From contig CANRGD010000001.1 of assembly GCA_947630105.1 (NCBI GenBank), positions 5,749 to 69,748 of the forward strand: DNA of 64,000 nucleotides. Direction: 5' to 3'. Positions 61,386-64,000 of the stretch are shown in pieces. Each line of letters starts with the position of its first letter. Position 1 is the stretch's first letter. The position numbers were made by a program, and so were the translations under genes. Origin of the DNA: an uncultured Bacilli bacterium (GTDB lineage: Bacteria; Bacillota_I; Bacilli_A; RF39; UBA660). A model generated the notes under the pieces. That model searched no databases and had not been told where the DNA came from. It was given only the letters and a program-made list of their open reading frames with translations.

Positions 61386-61485
61386 TAAAAGAGGTAGAAA
61401 AATTTCTACTTTTTTTAATTAAAGCATTTTAAAAATAAACTTTATTTGATACAATATAATAAGTTAATTGAAAATGGGTGATAAG

Positions 61486-62271
61486 ATGGGAAAGGTTATA
61501 TCATTAGTTAATCAAAAAGGTGGAGTAGGCAAAACAACTACAAGTATAAATCTTTCTGCATCATTAGCAGTATTAGGAAAAAAAGTTTTATTAATCGATT
61601 TAGATCCTCAAGGAAATACGACTACTGGTGTAGGAATAAATAAGGGTGACATTGAACAAAGTATTTATGATGTTTTAATAGGAGAATGCAACATTAATGA
61701 TGCTATAATTAAAACAAAATATAAAAATTTATTTGTTCTTCCAGCAACAATAAATTTAGCAGGTTTAGATATTGAATTAATGGAAAAAAGCAAACAAGAA
61801 GCTGGCTTTGTAAAAGGAGAACAATTAAAAAAATATCTTCAAGCTATAGAAGAACAATTTGATTATGTCATTATAGATTGTCCACCTTCTTTAGGCGTAA
61901 TAACAACAAATGCTTTAACAGCATCTAATTCAGTTATTATTCCTGTCCAATGTGAATTCTTTGCTTTAGAAGGAATTACACAATTATTAAAAACAATAAT
62001 GTTAGCTCAAAAAACTTTAAATCCAAATCTTGATATTGAAGGAGTTCTTTTAACAATGTTAGATTCAAGAACTAATTTAGGCTTTGAAGTAGTAGATGAT
62101 ATAAGAAAATTTTTTAAAGAAAAAGTTTATAATACAATTATACCAAGATTAGTAAGATTAACAGAAGCTCCATCTCATGGAGAACCAATAGTTGCTTATG
62201 ATCCCAAAAGTCGAGGATCGGAGGCTTATATTAATCTAGCAAAGGAAGTGATTGCAAGAAATGGAGAATAA
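61486..62271 (+). CDS. soj: Chromosome partitioning ATPase Soj/ParA
   Basis: Deviant Walker A KGGVGKTTT. Start moved to the MGKVISL ATG; the caller's ORF begins at 61468. Confidence 0.9.
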   Translation: MGKVISLVNQKGGVGKTTTSINLSASLAVLGKKVLLIDLDPQGNTTTGVGINKGDIEQSIYDVLIGECNINDAIIKTKYKNLFVLPATINLAGLDIELMEKSKQEAGFVKGEQLKKYLQAIEEQFDYVIIDCPPSLGVITTNALTASNSVIIPVQCEFFALEGITQLLKTIMLAQKTLNPNLDIEGVLLTMLDSRTNLGFEVVDDIRKFFKEKVYNTIIPRLVRLTEAPSHGEPIVAYDPKSRGSEAYINLAKEVIARNGE

Positions 62272-63151
62272 CAATAATATTCCAAAAAGAAGAGCCTTAG
62301 GACGAGGTTTAGAAGAATTATTTAGTAATGAAATTCTAGATTATAGTAAAGTAGAAGAAAAAATAATTACCGAATCAAAAAAAGATGAAATAGTTTTACT
62401 TAAATTAGATGAATTAAGAGCTAATCCATATCAACCTAGAAAATATTTTGACCAAGAAGCTCTACAAGAATTATCTAATTCTATTAAAGAACATGGTGTA
62501 TTTCAACCAATAATCGTTAAACCTAGTATAAAAGGCTATGAAATAATAGCTGGTGAAAGAAGAGTTAAAGCTTCCCTTATGGCAGGCTTAAAAGAAATAC
62601 CAGCCATTGTTAAAGATTTTAATGATACTCAAATGATGGAAATTGCTTTATTAGAAAATTTACAACGAGAAAATTTAAATTCCATTGAAGAAGCAACAGC
62701 TTATAAAAAATTATTAGAAACACTAGCTATAACTCAAGAAGAACTAGCTAAAAGATTAGGTAAAAGTAGAAGTCATATTACTAATATGTTAGGTTTATTA
62801 AATTTAGATTCCTCAATTCAAAATTTAATAAGTGATAAAAAAATATCAATGGGCCATGCTCGTGTACTTAGTAAATTAGAAGATTCAAAACAACAATATA
62901 ATTTAGCTTTAAAAGTAATAAATGAAGATTTAAGTGTTAGAGAATTAGAAAAAATAACTACCGAAAAAGATAAATATACTAGAATTCATTCCATTAAAAC
63001 AAAAACTATTTCCAATGAATTTAAATATTTAGAAGAAGAATTATGTGATAAACTTGGAACAAAAGTAAAAATAAGTAAAAACAAAGTAGAAATAAGTTTT
63101 GCAAATGCTAATGACTTAAATAGATTATTAGAAATTATGAAATTAAATTAA
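62252..63151 (+). CDS. spo0J: Chromosome partitioning protein ParB/Spo0J
   Basis: GERRVKA ParB box, HTH GKSRSHITNMLGLL...GHARVL (arginine at the parS-specificity position). Confidence 0.85.
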   Translation: MQEMENNNNIPKRRALGRGLEELFSNEILDYSKVEEKIITESKKDEIVLLKLDELRANPYQPRKYFDQEALQELSNSIKEHGVFQPIIVKPSIKGYEIIAGERRVKASLMAGLKEIPAIVKDFNDTQMMEIALLENLQRENLNSIEEATAYKKLLETLAITQEELAKRLGKSRSHITNMLGLLNLDSSIQNLISDKKISMGHARVLSKLEDSKQQYNLALKVINEDLSVRELEKITTEKDKYTRIHSIKTKTISNEFKYLEEELCDKLGTKVKISKNKVEISFANANDLNRLLEIMKLN

Positions 63152-63161
63152 AGGATAAGCT

Positions 63162-63974
63162 ATGAAATTATTAAATTTAGAATTTGATTTAAAATTAATT
63201 ATTTTACCAATTATATATATTTCTTTAGGAATAATAATATTTGAAATTATTAAAAACATACTTAGTAAAATAATAAAATTGTCACCTAATAATAAAAATT
63301 CTCATAATCAACGTTTAAAAACAGTAAATATATTAATATTAAATATAATAAAATATATAATTTGTATTTTTGTTATATTAGCAATCTTATCAACTTTTGG
63401 AGTAAATGTTCGATCAATATTAGCAGGTCTTGGAATAGGAACAGCTATAATTGGTCTTGCTTTTCAAGATTTAGCTAAGGATATAATTGCTGGAATTTTT
63501 ATAATTAGTGAAGACCAATATGAAGTAGGACAAACAATTGAAGTCGATGGTTTTATGGGTGAAGTAATTTTTGTTGGCTTAAAAACAACAAGAATAAAAG
63601 ATTTTAAAGGTGCTGTAAAAATTATTTCTAACCGCAATATGGATAAAATAATTAATTATAGTTTAAATAATTCTTTAGCCCTTATAGATTTAAATATCTC
63701 TTATGATAATTCTCCATTAGAAGTAGAAAAAGTATTAGAAAAAATAATAACTGATGTAAACAAAAATATAAAATATGCTAAAGGGGATCTTCATATAATT
63801 GGAGTAAATGCTTTAGAAGATTCAAGTGTAGTTTATAGATTAGGTGTAGAAGTAGTACCAATGAAAAATTTTGAAGTAGAAAGATATTTAAAAAAAGAAT
63901 TTTTAACTCGTCTTTTAAAATCAAATATAAAAATACCATATCCACAAATTGAGGTGCATAATGGAAAAAAATAA
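63162..63974 (+). CDS. MscS-family small-conductance mechanosensitive channel
   Basis: 270 aa; three TM helices followed by the MscS beta domain (GQTIEVDGFMGEVIFVGLKTTRIKDFKG). Confidence 0.7.
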   Translation: MKLLNLEFDLKLIILPIIYISLGIIIFEIIKNILSKIIKLSPNNKNSHNQRLKTVNILILNIIKYIICIFVILAILSTFGVNVRSILAGLGIGTAIIGLAFQDLAKDIIAGIFIISEDQYEVGQTIEVDGFMGEVIFVGLKTTRIKDFKGAVKIISNRNMDKIINYSLNNSLALIDLNISYDNSPLEVEKVLEKIITDVNKNIKYAKGDLHIIGVNALEDSSVVYRLGVEVVPMKNFEVERYLKKEFLTRLLKSNIKIPYPQIEVHNGKK

Positions 63975-64000
63975 TTATAATATAGGCTCTAAAGTAATTA

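Overview
This window is the replication-origin region of a very AT-rich, endospore-forming Firmicute. Gene order broadly follows the Bacillus subtilis origin region but is strongly compacted. Genes at 1-53.8 kb are on the minus strand and genes at 54.0-64 kb on the plus strand. They diverge from an oriC with DnaA boxes (TTATCCACA) that lies between dnaA and rpmH.

Conserved minus-strand genes, in transcription order: dnaA, dnaN, a ComK-family gene, recF, gyrB, gyrA, a small SRP RNA, tadA, dnaX, ybaB, recR, bofA, holB, ricT/yaaT, yabB, rsmI, pth, mfd, spoVT, metG (with a T-box leader), tatD, a SipW-type signal peptidase with two paralogous secreted proteins, ksgA, yabG, veg, spoVG, yabP, yabQ, divIC, tilS, ftsH, mscL, dusB, lysS, tdk, clpC-like, cysS, mrnC and a partial rlmB. 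Conserved plus-strand genes: rpmH, rnpA, yidC, jag, mnmE, mnmG, rsmG, noc, soj, spo0J and an MscS-family channel.

Two features stand out.

1. The sporulation protease gene yabG is split in two by an ~8.9 kb intervening element (17161..26085). The element carries two tandem, translationally coupled large serine recombinases. It also carries a four-gene cargo operon: a NUDIX hydrolase, a radical-SAM enzyme, an APH/choline-kinase-like phosphotransferase, and a P-loop-kinase/GT2 glycosyltransferase fusion. The junctions reconstruct an uninterrupted yabG and an imperfect-palindromic attP with a GA crossover dinucleotide. This is a skin/SPbeta-like sporulation-gene intervening element with cargo of unknown function.

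2. A 1.2 kb noncoding tract between gyrA and the SRP RNA holds three perfect parS sites (TGTTTCACGTGAAACA). Two perfect Noc-binding-site palindromes (ATTTCCCGGGAAAT) and one degenerate copy are interleaved with them. The window also encodes both ParB/Spo0J and a Noc paralogue, and that Noc carries an unusual ~200-residue acidic disordered insert.
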